This document shows positions 36,944 through 49,000 of a DNA stretch of 64,000 nt, piece after piece; within the stretch, counting starts at the first letter, position 1, and each line of letters opens with the position of its first letter. The stretch is from Selaginella moellendorffii. Lineage: Eukaryota > Plantae > Lycopodiophyta. Both the position numbers and the translations under genes were made by a program. Location: assembly GCF_000143415.4 (NCBI RefSeq), contig NW_003314310.1, positions 285,904 to 349,903 on the forward strand, in the 5' to 3' direction. The notes beneath the pieces were generated by a model, which worked only from the letters and a program-made list of their open reading frames with translations, searched no databases and had not been told where the DNA came from.

Positions 36944-39900
36944 CCCCACTGCTAACCCTAGCTATGATGCAAATCAACGGTTCAGATCTCATATGAATAT
37001 TCCAGAATCAGACTTCTTAAGTGTAAATTTCAAACTCTTATATTCTGGGAAAGTTGAAGTTTTAGCATTAAAATAATCTATCACACCAAAAATTCTAATC
37101 TCTGTCAAATCACAAATTTATATTTTTTATTTTATTGTTTTATTAGCTCAATGTTTTATTTATTTTTTACCAATCATGTTATTGATTGAATGGATTGAAT
37201 GGAAAAACTTGTTTACAATGAAGTTAGAATGGAAGATAAAGTATACCTTGTGGTGGTTATTCAATAATATTTTGATCCTTTTGAGATTTCTTCTCTATTT
37301 TTCAACTGTAGTATTTGAAAACATAGTTGTGAAACTTTTGAGAAAATAAAATGCCTTAAAAAGAAGCACTGCAAAATTTAGAACCACTTTTAATGACTCA
37401 GCAAAATTTTATTAATTAAAAGTTTTTCTACACCCTAAGTGCTGAGTACATTTTATGGCTAAATTCCGATGCCGTGAAAGAACCTTTGGGTTACAATGGA
37501 ACAGGGATTATTAAAGCTCAATTCATTTGATTAGCCAAAGTCAAATAACTTTCTCTAGTGGAATATGGACCTGAATAAACTTTAATGTTATAAATATATA
37601 TAAGTTTTTATATAAAATATATGCAACAACTTAGTTTATTAACTAGATATGATGTAAATACTAAAAACTTTATGAGTTTTAATACAAAGAATTTTCTAAA
37701 TTTAAATTTTTTTGTTGTGGGTTGGTAGTGAATATACTTAAAATATGCTTGAATATTCTAGGATATTTTACTAATAGTTGTTATTCATTTAGATTAAATA
37801 ATTTTTAAACTTTCCTAAACACTTCCTTAGTTTAGTTTACCATCTAAAGCATTCATGCAACATGCAGCAAATTATTATAACATTTAAAAAGGCTTAGTAA
37901 TCTCACCAGATTAAAACAAGTTTTTGGTTTTCTTAAACAAACCTGTATGGTATTGGATACAGCTAGAACATACTTGGATATTCTAGGATATTCTACCAAC
38001 TATTGTTATTCATTTAGATTAATCTTGTATTTATAATTTATAAACTTTCTTAAACCCTTTTTTGTCTATTATTTTTTATTCTATCATCTAATAATGGTTG
38101 ATATGCAATAAAACTAATCTTGTATTAATAAATTACAAACATGCTTATAATTATAAACTTTATTTAATCAATTGGATTAATAAGTAAAAAAAAACACTAT
38201 TATTAAGCAAACCAAGTGTTGCTACATGCAAGGCATAGCAATTTATTAAATTTACTTTTCTTGGTATTCATTCAAACACAAAAAGTATAAAATAAGAAAG
38301 TCATTTCTTTAGCATTTGTTTGAACTGGGCCATGGCAAGGACCCAAGGGACCTAGACCTAAAGTTTGGGAGCAAGCTAGAAGGCGTTGGAGAGAGTGTGT
38401 GAGGAGGAGCGAGGGAGGGAGTGTGGAGGACGGCAGCAGCATTTCACGCACCGCAGCAGCAGCACGTAGGGCTCTCCTCCTTCCTCTTCCTCTCTTCTCT
38501 TGAAAGCAGCATCTCCACGCTTGGATCGCGATTTCTCCCAAACAGCTGGGAGTTTCTTCGATTCCTTCAACAGGGGCTTGTAGGAGTGGAGCATCACGTC
38601 CTCCTACATCTGCCACAGATCTGGAGATCTTGCTCACCCTAGCTGCGGCGGCGGCTAGGGTTTACAAGCTTCATGACTTGGGGCTTTTGGTTCTAGGGGG
38701 AAATTGGGCTATGGGAGTGATTGAGGCGAGGAAGAGGGACGTCGCTAGCAACAATAGCGCTCCAATAGCTTTGCCGGAGTGGCTATGGCAAAGGACGGGC
38801 TATTTTTTTTCCTTTTTCACTCTCACGGCTTGGTTTTCGCTCTTTTTCTTGATTCAACTTCACGGCTGACATCTAGGGAGTGGCGAGAAGCACTCCTAGT
38901 AGTAGCGCTTCATTCAAATCTGGGATCCAGGAGATCTGGATGACCCTAGCTCGTGCTCTGGAATTAGGGTTCTTGGGCGGCAGCCAGGGTTCGCCCTGTT
39001 CTAGGGCTAGGGTTCCTTGGCAGCTAGGGCTTCTAGGGCTGGCGGTGGTGGGTCGCTGCGGTCCTAAGAGGCTCTTAAGGCATCTTGATAGTGGATGGAC
39101 AGTTGCAAAAGCTCCAGAAATGGAGTTCTTTGCCAAGATCTATGCAATCTTGCTTGCCTTGACGCGTGACGGAGACGAGCGATCAAGGAATAAGGGAGCT
39201 GGAAGTCACTTTAGGGGTGACTTGGAGCAGCTGGGACTTGAAGAAGTTCCCAGCGTTCTGGATTCTCTATGGACGACCATGCATGGTGTTTTGCTTCGAG
39301 GTGATCAGGAAGGGAGGATTTTTGGAACCAGTGGCAGGGATTGCTACCACAAGTGGGGCCAGCGGCTAACGGGGCCGATGCGGTGTGATACACATAGGGG
39401 ATCCATATATCTCTTCTCTAACGCTTGCTTTGGAGTTTGCTCCCTTTGGAGGAGATTCACACCCTTTCCTCAGTCCCTATTGCAGGGCTAGGACTCAGTC
39501 GAAGATGAGCTAGCACACTTGTCTCGTATGGGAGGCAAGGTAGCACACTCCAGCCTTGAGCTGGAGGACATTCACACCTCGCTTGGAGCTACGAGTTAGA
39601 GCTGTGTTGCGACTGGACAGTGTTTTGCACATTGGCAGTGGAGCGCTCCAGGCAAGTCTCGCAGAGCATGGAGCGTAGTAGGTGGCTTCAAGTTCCGCGG
39701 AGTCACCTAGGAGGCGGACGGCCCAAGAGCAGCGCCGGGCTTTCGTGCTCGGGGAGTGGAGGAGGTGGCCTCAAGTTTCGCAGTGGAGGCATCTGGGAGG
39801 CGGACAACCCAAGAGCAGCGCTGGGTGTTCGTGCTCATGGTTTCACTAGTTACCCTGAGAGTGCACTCTCAAATTTTGTATTACCCCCTAAGGGGATGTG

Positions 39901-41983
39901 GAGAAATGTACCTATATGTTGCATTGAATTGGGCCATGGCAAGCAGCCCATGGTGGTCAGCCACAGGAGCTACCATGTGCCAGAGCAGTGCGGCCATGGC
40001 AGGTGTGGCTGCCAATGCCATGGCACTTCAATGTTGTGGCTAGCTGCAACTGGCTGCAACTCAACAGCCAGGAGTCTTGGCTGTGCTAAAACCATGGACG
40101 AGGTGAGTGCTTTCTACCTTAATGTTTGATTTCTTTGCTTATGCCACAGCCAGCCACACCAAGCAATGGACAAACTTGGAGCTACTGCTTGAGTAGCACA
40201 CAATTTTTTTTTGGGGGCAATTGCACTTTGCTCAGTGCTTTGGAGTGCTAGTGCTATGGAGCACTAGTTTCAGGGTGGCCTGTGGTCAACCAGTGGAAAC
40301 ATGGTGGCCCGAAGCTGTCCCCTCCCCTTTGAGTGCCCTTCTTCATCCTCTTTGGTGTGGGATTCCTCTTGTGCAGCACAACATGGAATTAGAGCTCCTA
40401 ATTTGACTGGTTGGCTGGTTGGTTTTTCTGGCTAACAAGTGAGTTGGGTAACTTTGGATTTGCCTCACCTCCCTTGCTATAGCTGCTTCTGTGTTCCTTG
40501 GAAGGATTTGCCTAAGTGGGCGATATGGCAATTTCTGGATATTTTGTAGACACATGGGTGAATGGGGGCGAGTTTACACCTAGGTGGTACATGCAAACAT
40601 ATGTAGGTCAAAGCAATGTTATATTGCATCAGTTTTCCTATGTTGTCCATTGAACTCTAGTGTGCAGTTTGTGGACCCCTGTCCATCCTTAGGCATGAGA
40701 TCCACAACATTGCAAACCTCCACAAATAATTTCCTCCCTATGGCAGTCCTTTGTATGGTAGAGTGTTGCAGCCATGGTAGACATGGCTGCCAATGCCATG
40801 GCATTTCAGTGGCTGGCTGCGACTGACTTGAGCCTCACTTGCTTCAAAACTAGTACTTGAAGCCACACAAGCGGCTTTTCAGGTTTTACAACCACTATCC
40901 ACCATTTCTCTTGTTTGGTCTTGAGGCTCACTTGCTTCTGAGTGGTTTGTAGAAAAAGAGATCTGTGTCACTACTTCATTTCTAGCATAGGAAGAAAAAG
41001 CATGAAACCTGTCAGATGAAAGGACCTTTTTATCTTGCTCTCTCAGAGATTGTATGGAACCTTCATAAGAAAAAAAAACCATTCTAAAATAACTAGACAT
41101 ACCTGTACAAAACCTACCATTTAGGTTCCTAGTGTGGGGACTTTGATGCCACTTCCAACAGATTGAACTCTACAGTCCTATTGAGCAAGTAAATCATCTG
41201 GCCACAAATGTTGTCATTCTAATGTTTAGTGGTTGTAAATTTGAAAAGCCACTTTTGTGGCTTCAAGTACCAGTTCAGAAGCAAGTGAACCTGAAGACCA
41301 AACAAGAGAAAGTAGCAATCTTGGTGGTGATGTTGATCTCCACTGATCACACTTGAAATCCCAAATTATTCACCTCTAAGTCCTACCACCATTGTAGGGT
41401 TCAGCTTGATCATGTGCTCCAACTTGAGTGAGCACAAACTACTTTGCTCTAGAATTTAACAATGTTTCACTTTTCTTCCCACTGGTGCAAGTCTTGATTG
41501 TTGTATGTAGCCGAACATGGTGCTCATGCTTAAAGACAGCATACCACTCCACCTTAGCCTTCCTTCTATCCTCATCAACTTACTTCACAAGAAGCTTCAT
41601 TGCTCATCTTCTATCATCTATGGCGAGGATGTTTTGCAACTGACACTGCATTGGGGCTTCCCTTAGCCACAAGCTTCTCCAGCATAGCCTTTTTATCTGC
41701 TCCTCCTGCTTCCACTAATCTTCCTCTTCTGACATGGTGTCTGGCTCACTACATCCCTTGTTCTCACCATGCTGCATCTTCAACCCTCAAAGGTGATTTG
41801 CCTTAGTTATTTCCTGTGAATGCCCCTTAGTGTCAAAACACTCATGAAGCTCAAACTCCACTACTTGGATAATTACTTTGGCATAATAATTCAGCAATTG
41901 GTTTGATAATCTCTGTTGTAGTAGCTTCTTCATCCTTAGAAGTACTTCTTGATTGTCAGTCCATCACCATAAATGGACCAAAC

Positions 41984-44900
41984 TGTAAGCGATTAAATTT
42001 TCCATTTTACTTTAGTCACTTAGCCACACCTTCGACCACTTGGAGGAGTCTCACTTACAACCTCCATAAGTCCTATTCTGGACTTAGGGCTTGCTATCCC
42101 CGAGAATGGCATCCATGCCACTCAACCTTTGCACTTGGTCCAAATGCTCCATGTGTCCAATCCCACGATCAACACCCCAAGGTACCACCGACATATCTGC
42201 CCGTTACACTAAGCCATGCTCATTCACCTTGGTCATATCAGTGGTCCAACACCACTTGCATTGCAGTCCTATCTCTCAAAGACTAGGCCATCCATCCATG
42301 AGTGATCATCTTAGATCCCCTCTTTAGCATCCTTAGGATGCCCACAGACATGGGGAATAGCCTTCTCTAACATCTCTTTTCCATTCCCCACTAAGTCCCT
42401 TTCTGTCCATGGTTGTGTTCACCAACACTGCCACTAGATCGAGGCTCGCAGGCCCGACCTCTAAGTCCCACTGTCCTTTGGGACTTCCTCACCATGTGAC
42501 CGTATCCTTAGTCACTACACTAGAGGATTGCTCCTCTTCCTTTTCACCGTCTGGGACTTTGGGAAAACATTCCGGAACACCGTGGCCTTACACGAGCCTC
42601 GTGGGTACTCTCCCCACCTTCTGCCTTTGGGTGCTCTAGCCATAGGCTTAGAGCGAGGTTCTGTTGAGCCATACCAAGTATCCAAGTAGGTAGTGCCACC
42701 CACACTTGGACTGGGAGCATCGGCCAGTTGATCTCCCGGGGGAACTAGAGCCAGCTCTTGAACACTTCACCAAGATACCCCGCTTGTCGATCCGTGTTCA
42801 CTCTAGTCTTGGACTTCCCAGTGGGCAGCTGCTCACCCAACACTGGGTAAAGCCTTCCTGGGGCAAACTGCCCTTTCCTGGCCAAACTAGCTCCACTGCA
42901 GTCCTCCCCCTTACTATACTTTTGGAGCTCACCAAACCCCCCCAGGGTCTGGGAGACGAACGCTTTGAGCTTTCACCCTCTCAGACTCGAACTCAGACTC
43001 GGACTCGGACTCGGACTCGGACTTGGACTCGGACTTGGACTCGCGCTCGGCCTCAGTCTCGGCCTCAGCCTCGGTCTTAGTCCCGATCTCGGTCTTGGTC
43101 TCAGTCCCGGTCTCGGTCTCGGTCCCGGTCTCGGTCTCGATCTCGGACTTCATCTCGGACTCCATCTTGGGTCCATCTCAGACTCCATCTCGAACTCCAA
43201 CTCGGGTCCATCTCGGACTCCATCTCGGACTCCACCTCGAACTCCACCTCGGACTCCAACTCAGACTCCATCTCACCTCGAACTTCATCTCAGACTCCAT
43301 CTCGGACTCCACCTCGGACTCCAACTCGGGTCCATCTCGGACTCCATCTCAGACTCTACCTCGGACTCCACCTTGGACTCCAACTCGGGTCTATCTTGGA
43401 TTCCATCTCAAACTCCATCTTGGGTCCATCTCGGACACTTCCCCGTATCATGTGTTGGTCCTTTTAGGTCCCTTTTTGGAGCCTTGCTTATTGTTCGCTT
43501 CGTGCTTGTTCCTTGAGCACTTTGTTGGGAGTTCCACTCCCGCTCTTGACCTTTCAAGTCAGAGCTTTCAGTCTAAATGTGTTACGCTCATTTGGCTTTC
43601 GCTTTGGCCACTACCACGTGGCACCCTTTTGGCTCCACTTTGGGGCCCAGGGATTTTGTGTCTCACAACTCCACCACCCATAGACGAAGTTCAATGTCCT
43701 TATTGAACTGTAAACCCTTTTATAAAGTAACACCCATATGTATTATCATTTTCATCCTTGGCACCCAGCCAATATTTGTCTATAGTTTGACACCAAAAGC
43801 TCACCATGTCTTGTCCATCCTTTAAGGAGCATAGTCTCTCCAACATAGAGACTCATTCGGCCACTTGGGGTGGTTTGCTCCCTTTTTTTGGTTCAGTTTT
43901 CGTTAAACTTGTTAGAGACACCTTCTCTAACTCAATTCCACTACTCATTTTCAAGTAGTCTCAGATTCCATCGATATAACATTTGCATTTTGGAACTTTT
44001 AATTTTGACTTCTTAGAGTCAATTTCCTAGGTGCCTCTGACACCTTACGTTGCACATGGTGCAACTTCACTTCCCCATCCTAGGAAGTTCTTTACTTGAG
44101 GGCACCATTATCCTCTTTCCCATTTTATGCGACCTTTTGCATTAAGTTCCAGTTATCCTAATTCGTGCTAGGGCTGTCCACGTCCTTATCATTTAGCTAC
44201 TTTACCACTCCTTGCTTTGAAGCTTCCATCTTCGCCAAATCGGAACAATTGGGAATCCATCCTTGGAAATACATTGCCTTTCCCACAATTTGTTAGCGCC
44301 CAACACATTAGTGTTCTTGGTTTAACTTTGCATTTTGGATTCTTTCCTATGATTCCTATAGCTCTTTTTTTTTTAGCCACTAGTCTTTTGCTCCTATCCT
44401 TGATTGTTGCACCCAGCAACATCGGATCACTACCTCCATTCTCGAGGTATCCTTTTGGTTCCATAGCAAAGACTTTGTTTTACTAATTCCAAAGGGTGTT
44501 CACCCCTAGTACGTCTCTTTAGGATTTTCTACTATGGGCTCTATCCCTGGCCCAACTTTGTGACCCTCCCATAGGTCTCTTATAGAGACTACTTTCTTCA
44601 GATTCACTATGCCATCGTATTGTCACAAATCATTTCCCTTATGTGTTCTTCCCACTTGGTCACCTTTGACTAAGCCACACTATCATCAATAGTTCAAACT
44701 AACACTTTAAACTAGGAACTTTATTCCTTATCCTCACAAGGACCTTGTTTTTAGCTCCCTACTCACCATATGGTCTAACATGGATAATTCCACATTTTAT
44801 ACTCTCCATGGCACCATGGTTGCTAGTAACAACATCCTTGAGCACCCCTTTTGATTCTCCACTCCCAATTTGCATAACCACCATTGGTCATGCCCTTTGA

Positions 44901-46056
44901 TTTTCATGGTTTAGTTCCATCCCGATATTACTTGCCTTTTGGCCTTATATATTTCCTTTGGTTATTCTCCTCCAAACTAAGAGGATAGTTTTGCACCTTC
45001 TACCATGCCTTAGCAAGTATTCATAGGGATGAACCTACCCGATAGCCTAGGGAGTGGTTCTTCAATTTGGGCATGCTCACCTTATAATCCCACACACCGG
45101 GATTAGCGTTGCTACTTATGGGCCTCTATATGCCCACCATTAGCCTTGCCCAAAATCCCATTTTTGGCTTTGTACAAATCGGGTAAATGGATTCTTCCCG
45201 TCTCCACAACCTTGGACATTTGGATAGCACCTCCTATCCATCATTCGTTAGGGACTTAGTCCCTGGGGCCTCATCTAATGCCCTCGCGACACCAAACACC
45301 ACGTCCTGGTGTTTTAGAGTGTTTGGGTGTCCCAGTGATGGTCTTCTTTGGCAATGAGCATTCCCTTTACAACATTGACTTACTATATCGCAACATAAGC
45401 AACTTCTTGTGAGACACAAAATCCCTAAGCCCCAAAGTGGAGCTGGAAGGGTGCCACGTGGTAGTGGCCGAAGCGAAAGCCAAACGAGCGTAACACGTTT
45501 GGACTAAAAGCTCCGACTTGAAAGGTCGAGAGTGGGAGTGGAACTCCCAACAAAGTGCTCGAGGAATGAGCACGAAGCGAGCCATAAGCGAGGCTCTTAA
45601 AAGGGACCCGAAAGGACCAACACATGACACGTGGAAGAGTCCGAGATGGACCCAAAATGGAGTCCGATATGGAGTCCGAGATGGAGTCCGAAATGGAGTC
45701 CGATATGGAGTCCGAGATGGAGTCCAAGATGGACCCGAAATGGAGTCCGATATGGAGTCCGAGATGGAGTCCGATATGAAGTCCGATATGGAGTCCGAGA
45801 TGGAGTCCAAGATGGAGTCCGATATGGAGTCCAAGATGGAGTCCGATATGGAGTCCAAGATGGACCCAAAATGGAGTTCGATATGGAGTCCGATATGGAG
45901 TCCGATATGGAGTCCGATATGGAGTCCGAGATGGACCCGAGATGGAGTCCAAGATGGACCCGAGGTGGAGTCCGAGATGAAACCGGGGTGGAGTCCGAGA
46001 TGGACCCGAGGTGGAGTCCGAGATGGAGTCCGAGATGGAACCGAGACCAGGACCGG

Positions 46057-46093
<37 letters not shown>

Positions 46094-49000
46094 TCTGAGT
46101 CCGAATCCGGGACCGAGACCGAGTCCGAGTTCGAGTTCGAGTCCGAGTCTGAGTCCGAATACTAATATAGGCAGTTGGGTGAAAGCCCAAAGCGATCGTA
46201 CCCCAGGGGGGTTCCAAAAGTATAGTAGGGAGAGTGTGGGGGTTGGAGCCCAGTGGAGCCAGTTTGGCTAGGAAAGGCCAGTTTGGCCTAGGAAGGCCAG
46301 ACCCAGTGTTGGCTGATGAGCTGACCACTAGGAAGTCCAAGACTAGAGTGAACACGGACCGACAAGCGGGGTAGCTTGGTGAAGTGTTCAAGAGCCAGCT
46401 CTAGTTCCCCTGGGAGATCGACTGGCCGATGCTCCCAGTCCAAGTGTGGGTGGCACTACCTACTTGGATACCAAGCGTGGCTCAACGGAACCTCGCTCTA
46501 AGCCCATGGCTAGAGCACCCAAGGGCGGAAGGCGGGGAGAGTACCCAGGTGGCTCGCGTAAGGCCACGGTGTTCCGAAATGTTGTCCTAAAGGCCCAGAC
46601 TGTGGAAAGGAAGAGGAGCAATCCTCTGGGGTAGTGACCAAGGACACAGTCGTGTGGTGAGGAAGTCCCAGAGGACCGTGGGACTTAGTGGTCGGGCCTG
46701 TGGGCCTCGATCCAGTGGCAATGTTGGCAAACACGGCCAGGGGCAGAAAGGGACTTAGTGGAGACTCATAGAGGGATATTGGGGAAGGCTATTTCCCTTG
46801 TCGGTGGGCCTCCTAAGGATGCTAAGGAGTGGATCTGAAATGACCACTCACGGATGGATTGCCTAGTCTTGGAGAGCCAAGACTGTGATGCAAGTGGTAT
46901 TGGACTACCAATGTGGCAAAGGTGATTGGGCATGGCCTTAGCGTAACAGGCTGCTATGTCGGTGGTACCTTTGAGTGTCGGTCATGGGATCGGACACGTG
47001 GAGCACTTGGACCAAGTGCAAAGGTTGAGTGGCGGGGATGCCATTCTCGGGGCTAGCAAGTCCCAAGTCCTGGATTGGACTTATGGAGGTTGTGAATGAG
47101 ACTCCTCCAAGTGGTCAGAGGTGTGGTTAAGTGACTAAAGTAGAATGGAAAATTTAGTCCCTTACAACTTGGTATCGGAGCTGTTCCTTAGTCCGACTTT
47201 TATTGGTGCTCAAGTATATTACCATTGATGCTGGCATTGGAAGGTCCTAGGAGTGGGCCTATCCTTGAGGAGTAGCATGTCGAGAGGACATGGCTCTCCA
47301 CTCAAGTTCATGCGTGAACTTGGGCACAATGTGGTGGATAGAAAAGGGCCAATAATGGAACGACTTTGGGATCTTGGGAACAGTATATGGTTTTCCTCCG
47401 AGAGTTGAGGATGTGATCCAGATGAGCGTTTGACTTAGCAAACTGGCTAATGTAGTTGTGGTAAACAACTATAGATGGGATCATGGGAAAGATAAAGAGT
47501 CCAAAGCAATAAAGGAGTCACAAGATTATCCTCATATAGTTGAGGTTGGTGCTCATGAATGTGAGACCAGAAGTAATGACCATGGGAGGTCAAATACGGA
47601 AGAGGACTCAAGTCCTTGAAATGGTAGCCGGGGCTACCTTTAATAAATGCTGGAACAACCCAAGGAGTTGGGGGGTGTACTTAGAGATGAGTGGTATTCT
47701 CATCACAGGGACAAGTAATCCTAAGGGGCAAAGGTTGCCCCCGGAGAACAAAATCAAATGTCAGAGTAACACTTGTGAAAATAGTCCTTTTGAGTAGGAC
47801 AGGAATGCAAGTGTATTCCAGTGAGCTAGTGCCTCACAAGTAGGACCTTACGGGTCTGTGGATTAACCAAGTCCAAAACTGCTGAATGACTCAAGTAGAG
47901 TCAAAGAATGGTCCTAAAATGACTGATGGAAGCATTTGGACTAAGGTGTGTTGTACCCTATGAAGGATGGGGGGGATCATAGGATCCAAGGATGAGAACA
48001 GAGGGTATCTCATCGATGGCAAAATGTGCCATGCTAAAGTCGTGGGAAAGGTGTTCCCAAAAAGAAAACAACTTTGACACAAGGTTGTGTGTGACCTCTA
48101 TGGTGCAGTGCTAACAGATGGTTGGCATGAGAAAGAGCGGTATTGGTCTTGGCAAAGACTTAGACACAAAGAAGAAGTGTCATAGAGGTAGGCTCGTGGA
48201 GCCGATGGTGTGAAGACACCAAAATAATTGGTTAAACGGGTAGAAGGTAGCTACCCAAGCCTTCTTAATGGCATAGGGAAGTTGGATATACCCTTACGGG
48301 GGATAAGTTGCTTGTGTTGCAATATAGTAAGTTAATGTCATAAAAGGAAATACTCATTGTCAAGAAAGCCATCATTGGGACACCCGAACACTCTAGAACA
48401 CCAAAAGGTGGTGTTTGATGTCGCGAGGGCAATGGATAAGGCCCAAGGGACTAAGTCCCTAACGAATGATGGATAGAAGGTGCTATCCAAATGTCCAAGG
48501 TTGCGGAGACCGGAGAAGACTGTCTACCCGAGTTGGACAAAGCCAAAAATGGAATTTTGGCAAGGCTAGTGATGGGCATGTAAAGGCCCATAAGCAACCA
48601 TGTAATCCCAGTGTGTGGGATTATAAGGTGAGTATACCCGGATTAAGGAACCACTCCCTGGGCTATTGGGTAGGTTCATCCCTAAGAATACTTGCTAAGG
48701 CATGATAGAAAGTGCAAAGCTATCCTCCTGGTCTGGAGGAGAATGACTGAAGGAAAAGTGTAAAGCCAAAAGCAAGAAGTAAGGGGATAGAACCGAACCA
48801 TAGGAATCGAAGGGCATAACCAAGGTTGGTTATGCCAGTTGGGAGTGGAGAATCAAGTGGGGGCTCGAGGGTGTTGCCGCTAGCAACCGTGATGCCATGG
48901 AGAGTCTAAAATATGGAATTGTCCATGTTAGACTATGTGGCAATTGGAAAACTTGCAAAAAGGGAGGCCTTGGCAAGCTAAGGGATAGAGTTCCTTCAAG

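Noticed and set aside
38880-40129. Protein-coding genes (203-aa and 169-aa ORFs)
   Set aside because: Non-ATG starts, no recognisable motifs, and ORFs of this length are expected by chance in GC-rich sequence.
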